Assembly: GCA_010093815.1 (NCBI GenBank) | Contig: ML996574.1 | Reading direction: 5' to 3' (one strand) | DNA from: Pseudovirgaria hyperparasitica | Taxonomy: Eukaryota | Length of the DNA: 64,000 nt | Shown here: piece by piece, positions 50,167-63,182 of the stretch | How positions within the stretch are numbered: position 1 is the first letter of the stretch | How the letters are laid out: every line of letters begins with the position of its first letter | Position numbers and translations under genes: made by a program | Notes under the pieces: generated by a model | Told to the model about the DNA's origin: nothing | The model's input: only the letters and a program-made list of their open reading frames with translations | Database searches by the model: none

Positions 50167-50352
50167 TCTATATACTTTTTATAACTTGTAGGCGCGGCGT
50201 CGCAGACGAGTTCCAGTTACAAGCCTCTGGTGTCGCGTTTAGTAGCAGCTTGAAAATTCGCACGTCTTAGCCGTGGATTTTCCGGCGTGCCTTAGTGCCT
50301 TAGTGCCTTAAATTAAGACTGCACGCAGTCTGCCGGCCGCAGGCCACCCTAG
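50167..50352 (+). mobile_element. Putative short non-autonomous Helitron-like element
   Basis: 5' TCTATATAC, internal (GTGCCTTA)x3, hairpins AGACTGC-AC-GCAGTCT and GGCC-GCA-GGCC, terminal CTAG followed by T. Confidence 0.5.
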
Positions 50353-50414
50353 TCTTTCATATATACTTCTACATCCGATCGATGAGCTCACAACTCTAAT
50401 TATCTAATCTGCAA

Positions 50415-50721
50415 GAACCATGAAACCGGCACTGCTTGACGTCAAAGTGGAGCATACAACAAGCACAGGAAAACAATGCATTACGCGAGCCTCCGGCTTG
50501 TATTCTCTGCTATTAAGCACGATCATCTCACGAGTGAAGAATTCATCGACGTGCTATTTGAAACAGCAGACAAGGGTGGTGATTCAACATACACCGACGA
50601 CGCGGGCAACTTGATTCTAAAGGTCGCCCAGGAGTCAGAGGATGAGGGGAGAAAGCGGGATAACGATGTACTTGCAATGAACTTTGCGCGAGAACGCTGC
50701 ACTCGCGAAAGAAGGAGGTGA
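50415..50721 (+). pseudogene. Fragment (copy 4) of the GIY-YIG gene, C-terminal region with an internal in-frame deletion
   Basis: ASLRLVF...EEFIDVLFET|GDSTYTDDAGNLI.KV....EGRKRDN matches about 13720-13875 and 14138-14240. Confidence 0.8.
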
Positions 50722-51098
50722 GACAGCAACAGACATAGACTATTCTGGTTAGGCGGGCGAACAGCTTCAAAATGGCAACTCCTTCGCGCCACATAGCGTC
50801 GATCCGGCTCCCACAAGTTCTATACACGTTAGTTACGATCGACACGTCCAAGACACAAGTCTGTATTAGCTACGATCGATAAATGAAAGGCTGGCTGAAA
50901 GTTCGACTATTGTCGGCAATCACAACAACAATGACTTCATTACGACGGCAAAGACTATCCTCAGGACAAAACTTTATATCGTTAGCACAGTTGTACCAAG
51001 TACTTAATGGAAGGCAGTCTCGCCCCGTAGAAGAGAAGTTTCAACCACGATTTCTACTGAAACGTTGATCAGAACCTCATCCTCCAGATTCTTTCACA

Positions 51099-51483
51099 AT
51101 GCAATACCAATCTGTTCTCACGCTCGTCCTCGCTCTTGCATCGCTGGGCGCCGCCCAAGGTGCTATCTGCCCAGATAACCGTGTTCCTCAATGTTGTGCC
51201 ACTACGATAGTGGATGTCTTGGGAGTCGTAGACCTCGAATGCCAGCAACGTAAGTGGAAACTTCTCAATCTGCATCTGCTGCCTTGCTAAAGTAGTTCAG
51301 CACCTGCAACACCGACTAGTGCTGCTGATCTGCAGAGCATGTGTGTCATGAGCGGAAGAAGAGCGAGATGCTGTGCTGTACCTGTTGTAAGTTTCGATAT
51401 CACAAATTTCGCACTCTCATATAGATAGAAGCTGACCTGACTCTTTTCAGGCGGGGCAAAGTTTGGTTTGCGCAGACCCTTGA
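51099..51483 (+). CDS. Class II hydrophobin
   Basis: Three exons (introns 51250-51300 and 51387-51450): signal peptide, ICP..PQCCAT..LEC..SMC..ARCCAVPV|AGQSLVC; 8-Cys pattern. Confidence 0.9.
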
Positions 51484-52250
51484 GCTCAAGCGTAATAGAA
51501 CAGTTATACTCTGGGCGGGACATTGTAATTTAGAACAATAGAAAATATTCATTGAATGCGCTTCACACAAGATCAGGGAGATCATGTAAAACTTATCATT
51601 CTTTGCAGAACAGGTGGCGGTTGGATCGTTGAACCTTGATAATATTGCATACAATGCGCCATGAGTACTACGCCACACACTGCCATGAATATCTCATGAT
51701 ATCATGATGCTAGAAGAGTTTATTTTCTCTTGTCTCATGTGAGAAGAGCAGGATATGCACCATATACTTTGTTTCGAGCTCCAGCCAATGAGCTTCATTC
51801 TGCATAGTAGCCACCCCAACTAATTGGTGGACGGTCACGAGTCTGGGAATCAGATTTTCCGTATCCCCAGGTTTCTCCACATCTGAACTGATCATGTAGC
51901 CTCGAATATATTGACCTATGTAATGGCCTGCATAGGTTTTTGAACCATGGAGACGATACTACAGGTCCTTTGTGGGGTATCGGTGGATCCATGACCAGAT
52001 GGCTGTACTTAGCAGATGATGGCACCCGTTTTAAATGTTCTAGTGGCTTTGCATTTAATATAATGAGGTACAGCGCCGGGAAGAAAGGGCCGTGGAGGAC
52101 ACCTTTTTCCCGCAATGCAGTTGCTTTGGTCGCAAACGTTGCATTGTGCGCTGTTATAGCTGGCGAAATTCCTAAATCTTTGCATGCTATTTGCCCAGAT
52201 CGAAGAGTTACACCCGCATCAAATCCAACGTGAACTCCAGCATTGACAAG

Positions 52251-53105
52251 ATGAAGTATTCAACCTTCGTGCTACTCGCGACAGCAGCTTGCGGTGCATT
52301 GGCAGCACCAACGACGCCTGTACCATCAAAGACTCTCGAGAAGAGAGCAGACTACTGCGGACAATGGGACTCCAAGGTAACAGGGACCTATACGATATAC
52401 AATGTAAGAGGATGATGAATCAACATTGTGTCGAAGCTAATGTTTTCAAGAACCTCTGGGGCATGAGCGCAGCAACCTCTGGCTCACAGTGTACTGGCGT
52501 CGACAGTCTGAGCGGTTCTACAGTCGCTTGGCATACAAAGTGGTCGTGGGCTGGAGGTCCTTACAGCGTCAAATCATATGCCAACGCTGTGGTCAAAATG
52601 ACAGCTACTCAACTATCAAAGTTGACTTCGTTGGCCACCACATGGAAGTACTCGTACAGCGGTTCCTCACTCATTGCCAACGTAGCGTATGATCTGTTCA
52701 CCAGTAGCTCGACTGGTGGCTCTGCAGAGTACGAGGTCATGATCTGGCTGAATGCTCTGGGTGGTGCTGGCCCAATCTCGTCGACTGGAACTAATATCGC
52801 TACACCCAGCGTTGCCGGTAAAAGCTGGAAGCTCTACTACGGCCTGAACGGGTCAATGAAGGTGTATAGTTTCGTGGCGAGCAGCGCCATTACAAGCTTT
52901 TCAGGCGATCTTATGGACTTTATCAAGTATCTGGAAAGCAGCCAGGGTCTTCCAAGCAGCCAGTATCTCCAGAGCATCGGTGCCGGAACTGAGCCTTTCA
53001 CGTATGTTCACATTTTGTATCATTCATTGTAGCTCGACTAATACGATCTGCAGAGGGTCCAACGGCGTCTTGAGTACAACAGCGTATAGCGTTGTGGTGA
53101 AATGA
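52251..53105 (+). CDS. Secreted GH12 xyloglucan-specific endoglucanase
   Basis: DYCGQWD..YN|NLWG, VKSYAN, NVAYDLFT, YEVMIWL..LGGAGPIS, AGTEPFT; introns 52404-52450 and 53002-53053. Confidence 0.93.
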
Positions 53106-56100
53106 ATGGAATTTTTAGTCAAAAGCCCTGTCCAATCGTCGAAGGAGTAGCCTTTTAGTAGTATTAGTATGGTGTGTTTGTGCATTAAGCGATGTATACT
53201 TACACACTTCTATAGTTTCTCACATCCAAATCTAAAGAAATGATCAATAAGAACTTGCCTGATAGCCTTGATACAGGAAGACAGATTGACCGAAAAGTGA
53301 AGTCTCTTGAAGAATGAATACATTAGACTCAGTTCATTGTACCCTAATCACGTAGGGGGACTTTTCGGGGGAGTAACCTTCATTTTGATCCACGAGGAAT
53401 GCACCAATAGCAACCATATGAGTCCGTATATATATGTTTCCATCTAGATCGCATCTATTTTTGTATTTTGTCGTACTGGAATAGGCCCTTGCGACCGCGC
53501 ATTTGTCCAAAAACGTCGTCAGATTCTATGCAAGATCTGTCCAAATAGGACCATGGTTTAACACTAGTTCCGGAGCGGTATTATCAGAAGAAGCTTGTCT
53601 GAAGATTTTCCTGCTTCCACAAGTCTTCTAGACGCTATCACTAGCTATATTCGGTAATGTGTATGTCGTAGTAAGCAAGGCTGTCCAGTTTAGTCTCCAT
53701 AATTTTCAGCGACTTGAGCTGTTGTGGGCTGCTGTGACTAAGCACCTTATCCTTACGTGGCGGCTCTCAAGAAGACTTAGTGACCCTGCGAGACTGTAAT
53801 TTTGGAACTGATGTCAGCTTTGAAGTGATCCCCTCGTCGAGGTCAGCTTGTCTTCCAGATTACTGCGAGAACGAAGAAAAGCGGACGTAATGCGCGAGAC
53901 GGGGCCGTATCTTGCCAGTCGTTTGTGATTTATCGGTGATAGGAAGTCATTGCCCGGCTGGGTCACTCCAGTATCTCACGTTAAGACCGGTGACTTTTCA
54001 GACCGTCGGGTGAGCCGGAAGTGCAGATGGAAACGAATATTATATCTGGTCAACAGGTGGTTAGTGGGAAATGAGAGTGGGTGGTTGCCAAGTGTTGTGC
54101 TTTTCCGTAGTCTTCTCGTCACACTAAGGCGAGTGGAGCTGTTTAAAGCGGATATGAACATTAGTGCGTGATGTCGTCACTGGTAGGCCGTATAAGCGTT
54201 GAAAGAAGAAAGTGTGTGTTGGTGGAAAGGAATGGCGAAGAAGCATGCGAGTGGAAGTTCACGGATTCGCTGTGCTTATGCGATCATTGTTCAGTAGCTG
54301 GATGCCAGTCCTGTTAAGGTTTAGTACATCTCACTAGCGGCTCGGCCCAATCTCAACACCTCATGGCTTCTATCTACATCTATTTTTGCATATTGGTAAA
54401 TATCCTGCGTATATTGAACGAAGCGGTGTGAAAGTCAGAGTATCACAAAAGCCTTACCAATCCTTCCGCTACTCAAGATACCTGTTTATCAATAGTACTA
54501 CATTGGAGTAGTGATCATACTATGTCAGGACTACAGAAGCTGCTGGAATCGCCAACGCAGGTATCTCTTCGAGGTCGAAATGGCTTATATCATCAGGCTC
54601 CTCTGCCTATCTCCCAAAGAAGATGATGACTTGATGGGTAGTAAGCAAGACCGTAAAGAGCCCGGGGAAATAGCAGGCTACGAAGCATTAGCTTGCCAAG
54701 TTCTAGAGAATATACTTCATGTTCGGAAACGGTCGAATATAGGAGCGCCTAATGACAATTGTCATCTTAAACAACAACTGCGGACCTAATAGAGCGATCT
54801 GGACCAGACCTGCATACTCGTTATCGGCAACGCCGTGATGCAGATACACAGGAAACTTATGACATACAATCGGGAAGCAAGTCGTAGCGGAGCCGAAGTA
54901 TCTGGACCATTCCGAGCATTTTATGACACCTTAGTTGGACTCAAGATTCTGACCTCACCCCAGTTACCATAGCATTACAGACTCATCATCTGAATCCTAT
55001 GTCTCGTGATATATCGTAAGCAGAGTATCGGCATTCATCTCATTCCTAGTATAAAGAGAGGTTGTCGATCGCTATCAATGATCTCACTAACACTAACATA
55101 TCAATATCACATCCATTCAATATTCCAAACGCAATACCGATACAGCCCTTCATCCCCGGGTCTCCACTCGATTGACGATACCGTCAAAACGAAGCAGACG
55201 CAGCATTCACGTAGTCTTTCAACTGGCCCCGACAGCCGCGAAGATACCGCCCACGAGGGTCTTGTCGAAGATCACCAGTCTCTCACGAAAGCCAACATTC
55301 AAACCAGCAACAGAGAGACTAGAGAGTCTGACCAGCAATTAGTTGCATCCCAACACTTCAGAACCCACCAGAATACTCGTGAACCAACGCGAACTCCGTC
55401 TCAAAACCAGTCCGAAGAAAAAGGGAAGACAAGTCCTGTGAACACCATTTATCAGAGCACCGAAACTTCGCGCCATACCGGAAAGCAAAATACCAGGAGC
55501 AGCATGCCTCAATCATCCTCTTCTTCAGGTTCCTCGGGTAGTTCTTCGTCGAGCCAATACCCGCTACCATATGCTCCATTTCCTTTCCCTATTCCTCCAG
55601 GCCAGGGGCAAGGACAACAGGGTGGACAAGGACGCTAGTCTTCTTCCCAGACTCTGTATGTCACGAAATATGTAGGATTATATGGTGTCCATCAATTGGA
55701 ACACTTTCATGATGCGATAAAAGAATGTTAAAGCATGAATAAGTATTAGAAAGATGCTTGGGCCCACGTCTGTGTATGACTACCGATGAAAAAGAGATGC
55801 GTCGATAGGCTCTTATAGTCCTGTCTCATTTTATTACTGTACATTAGATACACTCATTTATAGATAGACTTCCCTTGATATATCTAGTTTGTTAGACAGC
55901 TATATCAATACAGCCCACCAGAGCGATGTGACCGATACCTATGACACGATTCTGCTTTTTCTGGTTTTAACCACTTGCCATGAGTCATGGAATACAAAGT
56001 TAAATCCTTTCGAACGCCATATACTATTGATACACACGCAAGCTGCTTATATGCTGGGGATACAACTAATAACACATGTCAGTCTAAATTAAGTCTTATT

Positions 56101-56166
56101 CTCCAAAACTCCATTCTGCTGCGTATGCTGAAGCTATATGTAAATTCGATCCTATCGAAATTGTGC

Positions 56167-57332
56167 CTAGACTGCGCTGTACCCGCCTCTGCTGCTAGAG
56201 AGAGACCCAGTAGCCCGTCGTGCCCAATCTTTCAGAAGGTACGGCAGATCTCGGATCGTGTCACCATGAGGTAACAGATCCCAGCCGCGGGCGCCATAAC
56301 GGCTGTAGTTTAGCCAAGAGCCAAAGACGAGATATGCGGCGACACTAAGAAATAGGCTGATAGGTCACGTCAGTCGAGGTCAGGCAGTGGCGAAGACGGG
56401 TGTTCGATACTTACACCACGATGAACCAAGTGAAGAAGCCCCAAGATCCATTGGACTTCTTAGGCACGTCACGTTCAGCATTTTCGCAGGCATACTTGGT
56501 GTGCCACTCAAGACGCAGAACGTCCATCTTTTTTCCCCCTGGCAGCTCTCGCTCGTAGCTCTTGTACTTCAGAGGCCTGCTGTCGTCTTGCTGGTCACCA
56601 TCGTCGCTATCATCATCCCCGTCGTTGTCGCCGCCATTGTTTTCGTTATCGTTATTGTCGTCGTCGCCCCCATCGTCATCGCGTCTATTTTTCGCCTTGG
56701 GTGACTTAAAGTGAGGATCAGTCTCGCCTAAACCGTCGAGGCCGTCAACATCCGGATCGCAGATAAATTCGATCAGAGCTCGTTGGGGTGTGCCTCCGCT
56801 TCCTTCCATTGGATGACGACCGCCATTCATTTCCAACCTTAGCCCATCCTTCTTAGAGTCTTCGTGTGAGTCCGAATCTTTTAGTCGTGTCCATTTCGCG
56901 TCCTGATGGCCACCGTATGAGCTCGCGAACTGCCCGGCAACAGATACGACTTCGTCTACAATGGCACCTGATGGGTTGATCAGATATTTCACGCCACAAA
57001 CTAACATTGGTTAGGAAATGGTTCGTCATATATGATTACACTAATAATGGTGACTTACTATTAGCACCCTGTTTGCATTGGCTCAAGTCATCATCGGATT
57101 TCTCTTTTATAAGGGGACTGCATAAGTCCAAAGTGAAAGTCTGGTTGTGAATACTTTCGCCTGGGATCTTCTGTTCCCTGAATACAGTATGCGCGCCCTT
57201 CAGTGCCGATAGATCGTAGGGAACATCGTTTATACGGATGTTTGGGCAGTCTATGCTACTTGCGGCCGATACAAGGGTCGGAAGAAATAATAGAGCAGAT
57301 AATGGAAGGTAGTCTTCTCGCGTAAATCGCAT
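56167..57332 (-). CDS. ATG27: Autophagy protein Atg27
   Basis: Signal peptide, MRH-like Cys domain, W.TKYACE, WGFFTWFI, YLVFGSWLNYSRYGARGWDLLPHGD, C-terminal YSAV; two introns. Confidence 0.88.
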
Positions 57333-58293
57333 AGCTGGCGATGCGATATGGTGAGGCTTGAGAAGAAGCTGGGCAAGTAAGGGTGATCCGGATCAGCCCA
57401 CGGTGAGGTTAATGGCAGAGGGAGATAGATGTTGGCTTTGAAAGGCTTTGACAGGCTTGAGGACAGTGGCAGGGAAAGCTACGACGATGTAGATGACTCG
57501 GAAAGAAATGTAGATGATGTTGCGTGTTTGGCAGGGTACTTACTAGCATTTCATCGTGCGGACGCGCGATTCGACGAGGCTGGTGCCAAGCTTTAGCAGA
57601 TCTGATGACGCACGGCTACCTAGGTTGGATCTGTTCTCATATCCCACATTTTACGCACGGCATCGAACCAGGCTTATGGTCCTTGCTACGAGCAAACAAT
57701 CGATGGACCACTCGGCAATTGTTAGATGTGCGTCTTTCATGCTCCCCGTGTGGGCTGTAAATTGGACTATTCATGGTCCATCTTGGATCTGTAGACAAAA
57801 CAATAGATGCATCATGTCCTTTTGGCCCCAAGCAACCGTTATTGAGATCAAAGGATATGTACAAATACTACTGGATACAATAAATAGAAGTTCGTTCGAG
57901 GAAGTAATGTTCAGAGCATCTGCTAGATACCCAATAATTAGGTCTTCTGGGCTGAAGAACTGCTAAAAGAATTCCTGTATACTTTGAAACAAAGCACGCT
58001 TATAGTACAGTACCTTCGTACGTTCAAGAAGCCTGAGAGATGGCATGCCTTGGTTAAGCACCTATTCAGTTGTTTATAAACTTGTTGATTATGATGCTGT
58101 GTAATTATAGTCACAGGGACAAGCTTCATGGAGATGTCAAAGTAAGCCAGCTGTGTGATAAGTTACCGCACTCTCCGTTGTCGATAATGTATGCAGTATT
58201 TGGCATGAAGTACATGGGCACTTGGCTTGGTATCGCGGAGCCTGCAATAGTGAAGCAGATTTCTACGGACGAAAGGTTTGCTGGCGACCTCAT

Positions 58294-59141
58294 TTATCTT
58301 CTAAATGTGGGCTTTGCACCGTGCCCGAATCTTAGATTCAGCTTCAGCTTTCTATCTCTTGTCACTTCTACTGGCGTCGTAACTTCGCCAATTTCTTCAT
58401 CGGCTTCAGAAGAACTTCCTATAACCTCATCATCGGCCTTTGGATCGTGCGACTTGTCTTGTTCATCAGTTCTATCTGCCGCAGTGTCGACCATTCCGTG
58501 GTCGCCCTCTGTGTCTGTTGTCTTGGACGCTATAGCAGATTTGGAGGGTTTCAGGCCTTTTGGCAAAAATCCTTTTGGTGTACCCCATTTGATCACCCAG
58601 AAGTCATAGTCCCTAGGAAAGTGATGGGCATCGATGACATGTAAGCGGCGCTTTTGTGGCGTTGAACATACGCGAATGCAATTTTCGACCAAGCAACCAT
58701 ACTGCGTGCATGTATTAGAAAGCAGCTCATTCGGGAAGAGGGGGAGCTGATATTCCGGTGATACAGGCCACAATCAAGCTTACATACCGTCTTTTCTCCT
58801 CTGTTTCTTTTCTCGTCCATGATGGGATTATGGTGTTCGGAAAAGTGTAGGTTGAGATATAAGTCGGACGGGAAAGTGCGGTTACATTCATTACAATGAT
58901 GTGAATGTACTTCGTGATGATGTACTTCGTAGTCCTCGTATGAATAGAAGTTATGTGCCTTCTTGTGGGGGGCCAATGTGCATTGAATAATGGGTTGATT
59001 CTCGATATCCTGATGTGTGGTCTCTGAATCGCTGTGTTGATATTTTGCCGGACTTGGCTGATCAGCCACGCCGGAAGAGTCGATGGATAATCCAGATACT
59101 CCATCCAGAACGTTGTCATCTGAGTATCGTCTTTTCATCAT
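58294..59141 (-). CDS. ZNF511-like C2H2 zinc-finger protein
   Basis: C.LAPH..F.SYEDYEVH, CNEC.RTFPS..L.LH..E.H, intron 58787-58702, YGCLVENC...KRRLH.ID.H.FP. Confidence 0.82.
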
Positions 59142-59563
59142 TGTAGATCGAGTGTGTAGATATGTTTCGTATTTACACGTGACAAGTGAAAAGGAGCGTG
59201 CGATGTTACTCCATGACAAGTGTGAGATATTATATAGTAAGTGTGGGTGCCTTGCAAGGCACAAATAATTGTGGCCTGACGCATGAGCTCCGCTCCGATG
59301 GTACTGGAATGATCACCAACTCCATAGAGTACCACCGTTACATCTTTTCTCCTCCAAAACACGGCACGCGTCGAAGCCGTTCACGCGTAGCTGCCACACG
59401 AATCGCTTCTTACGATATACCCTGCCTCGCACTTCTCATTCCTGGGAATCTGCTGCCATCCATGGATCGCAACAGCAGCTTCGGTTGCACGCAGTCCCGC
59501 TCGCACGTCTGACGCCCACACGGCCTTGAAAGAACGGCCTAATGAACTTACACGTCGTCTATC

Positions 59564-62381
59564 ATGACAGATTCCCGCGAACCTCCATTTGAGGAGGTGT
59601 TTCTGTTAGTAGCTTTCTGGTATAAGCCTTGCACCACTGACCTCTGCTATAGGCTTGTGCGCAATGCCCAAAAGAACCTTGTTACAAAATGCGCCGACCG
59701 GACCGTAACGAACTCGGATTTGACGGCTCTGTTATCAAAGTGAGCTCCGCAGTCGGTTTACACTATTGTGTTCTCACTTACGCCTTCAGATATCGCGTCG
59801 ATTGTGAGAAAATCATATTCAGCAATTTCGTCCTCGCGACCGAATATAATATCGAGGTGCAGCTCTGGAACACACATATCTCGGTCAATGACCGCTTCAG
59901 AAAGCAGGTGAAAAGGGTAAGCTAGCTATATACGGGAAACTATGTCGCTCGGCTTATCTACCATCAGCTACGAGAAAGCGGAAACAACCTCATCGTGGAG
60001 AGACGTAAACTGCTTAAGGAATATCTGGAATTCATCAAATCCAGCCAGTTGTTCTACCGCTCATACATACTTCGCTTGGACCAGATATATGGTGGCATCC
60101 CAGCTATTCGGAAAGAGGCGCAAAACTGGAAGCATGCAGGTGGGGGATTGTCTTGCACTGTGCCCGTTATCAGTCTGCTGACAGTACTTAGATGTCAAGG
60201 CTACCTCCCTGGGAGCGCCATCCGCAGAACTCCGAAGATCTTTAAGGAGATCATGTTACTTCACGCTCATACGCCTCGGAGACCTATCCCGGTATCGAGC
60301 ATCTGACATAGATCAGAAGCCGAACTGGAGCCCAGCTGTTGGATATTATAATTTAGCAATTGAGGTCAACCCTGATGCCCCCAATGCGCACAACCAGCAG
60401 GCTATCATATCTCGCTCCGAGAACGACCATTTCAGAACTTTGTATTACCTCTACCGATCTGTATCCACCAAGGATGGTCCCGATGCTGCCGGCAATATGG
60501 CTGGCAATCTTACATTAGTTTTCAAAAAATTCCGAACTGCATGGGAAAAAAGGGAGCCGATACATAGTCGAACAACACGAGACGGTAACCCGGCTGTTCG
60601 CGCTTTAGTGGCTTGGTTCATCCATTTGCACAGCAAATGTTACGCTGGCGAGGACTTCAATGAACACGATGAGTTAGAGAGTGAAGTGACGAGCCAGCTT
60701 GCGGTCCAGATCAAAGAGAGACCGCTAGAGGGCAATTTACACAAAATGGTACTTATTAACATGTCCGCGGAATACTTTGCGACCACAAAACTCAAGGAGT
60801 CAAGTCCATCTATCTATAAGGCATATTTTCTGTTTCTTCGACTCAACGTCAAGACCTTCTTCACTCTACTGCAGACACTACAGTCAGAATTAGAACGTCT
60901 GAACGAGGGCAGTGGGCGCCAAGACGTCAAGAGTCACAATAGCTCAGGTCAACAGAGGCTATCCGACAGAATCACGGTCGTTGCGAAAAGGATCCTGCCT
61001 GCTGTCCGCCTTTATAGCGTATGGTTTCGTCGGAATTGGGCGATCTTAGAAACAAGGATTGCGGACTTTTCTAATTCTACACTGACTGAGGTCGACGTAA
61101 GAGAGCTGTTCAAAGCCTACACTAGCACATTGACCCTCTTAACGTCCGCATTCCCGGTCGAGGAGCTGCCCGGCGCTGCAGAAGATTACCTCCTTGAAGA
61201 AGACGCCGACACGATTGGATATGCACCTTTGATTTCCACTAAGACCAGCAGAAACTGGTACAAGAACGACGAATTGAAGAAGAAGTGGTCCGATTCAGGG
61301 GTTGAGCGACATCATCCAAATCAAGAAATGTTGACAAGGATCCGTGATCTACTTATTGACGGCCTTGAACTGGCACAGGAAAAGGTCAGTATTCTAGCTC
61401 TTCTTGATCCTCATTTTCCTCTGCTGCCGTAAATGCTGACAAGAATTTTAGAACGCGCCTATAGATGTCGTCGATCGAAGATTTGTTTACCGTGAGGCTG
61501 GTGTTCCCTCAGAACAGCTTGCCAGCCCTCATAGCAAAGCTGCGACTTCCCCTGACATAATGATCGACATCAATGACATTCCGCGACCCTTGGGAGGACC
61601 GGTGTTAGCGGACGACCAAGCGTCTCAAAGCGTAGCTCCTTCAGAGACCACTTCCGCGGTTTTGTCAAAAGATACTGCAATGAATCGGATGGTGGATAAT
61701 CTAGTGGGTAGTGGCGTCGGTGATGATACTCTAGAATCGCTTCAGGAGATTGATGAGAATTTGCCTCCAACCCCACCGGCGCAAACCTTCCAGGACACGT
61801 CGCTCGTGAACAGCCATAGTTACGGCATGACGCCAATCACAGCCCGCGATTTAGTAAACACTGGAGACAGTTATTCGCGTCTTCACGCCGGTACCGACCC
61901 TGTACAATTGTCGACCATAAAGAAGACACCAGGCTCCCCGTCAGTTCGTCAAGTTCATGCTCTTCCTTCGCTTCCAGACCAGTCTGGAATCTGGAACCCC
62001 ACCTACCCGATGTCCAATCCTGGCTCTCCGTATCTTGGAAATGCTACTGGTCTTACGTCTCGTAATTCGACGACAAGCTTGAATGCGTTCCACCGTAGTT
62101 CGCATTCTCGCAACCCGTCAACGAACTCCAACGCGTACGGCCCTGCTTATGACCCCTGGAGCAGCTCCGTCACTTTACCCCAGACTTCTAGTACTGCGAA
62201 GCTAAATGGTGGGAACCAGCAATTTGGCAATTATGCTAATGGCTCCCCAAATCCCCAGTATGATCCTGCTATGGCGAGTTCATTCCTGTTTGGACATTCA
62301 GCCTGGAGCAGTCCGGCATCTGGTGCCGAGCGACAGAGAAGATCGCTTGGACGGACACCTCCGAATGGCCAAGGCGGGTGA
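59564..62381 (+). CDS. EST1/SMG6/SMG7 (Ebs1)-family protein, multi-exon
   Basis: FIKSSQLFYRSYI, LGDLSRYR, YYNLA...P...HNQ.A, YYLYRS, YLLEED.DTIG, HPNQEML.RI; several canonical introns; start inferred. Confidence 0.82.
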
Positions 62382-63182
62382 GAAGCTTCGTATCGAATGT
62401 GTGTTGAACATCATAAGCTATATAGCCTCGCGCCGCCATGCTCTCGTGTACTCTGGTTCGACTATCGTGCTCATGACACACCAGCCTGTCGTATCTCCGA
62501 GCAACGATTCTATCTGTGGCTGTGTTTTATGGGCCACTTCCAAGACCTACCTCGTGTCTGCGGATTAAATATTCGAGATACTGAAGCTTCGGGGAGCCAT
62601 TGGCATGCGACGCCGCGATCGAATTTTATGATCGTCCGAGGTCGTTCCTTGGGATATCCGACCATGTCGCAAGCAATCATCGTATTGAACCTAAGGTCAG
62701 CCTGTACAGCGGGAATCCTATACTGTCTCACATCAATTTGTCCAAAATAGTTTTTTCACGTCTTCGGTCTGACTACAGCAGTGTCGTGGCATATCAGCCG
62801 TTTGCTGCCTGAAGTACACCTCTGGTTTTTTTACTTCATCTTTCACACCGTCTTTCTTCGATGGAGTCGTTAGATATAAGTGCAGGTCTACAAGATCGTG
62901 ATTATATCATACGAGCCTTCGTAAAGTTAGTCCAATAGAATGCTTTACGCCTGAGCTGATGCATGATGTTTATCGTAAGGTACTGTTTACGTAGTAATAC
63001 TCAGGCACCTTTCTAGCTTAGTACGAACTACGTCAGCCATCCCCGCGCCATGGATGTCTGTGCACCTTGATCGGCCTCCGAAAGCAAAATTCCGTTCAAC
63101 CCCGCGAAAAGTGTCTCCCACCATCAATTCACCATTCGAAATCCAGAATCCTCCTTCCTTCGCACCACATAATACCGACAAT

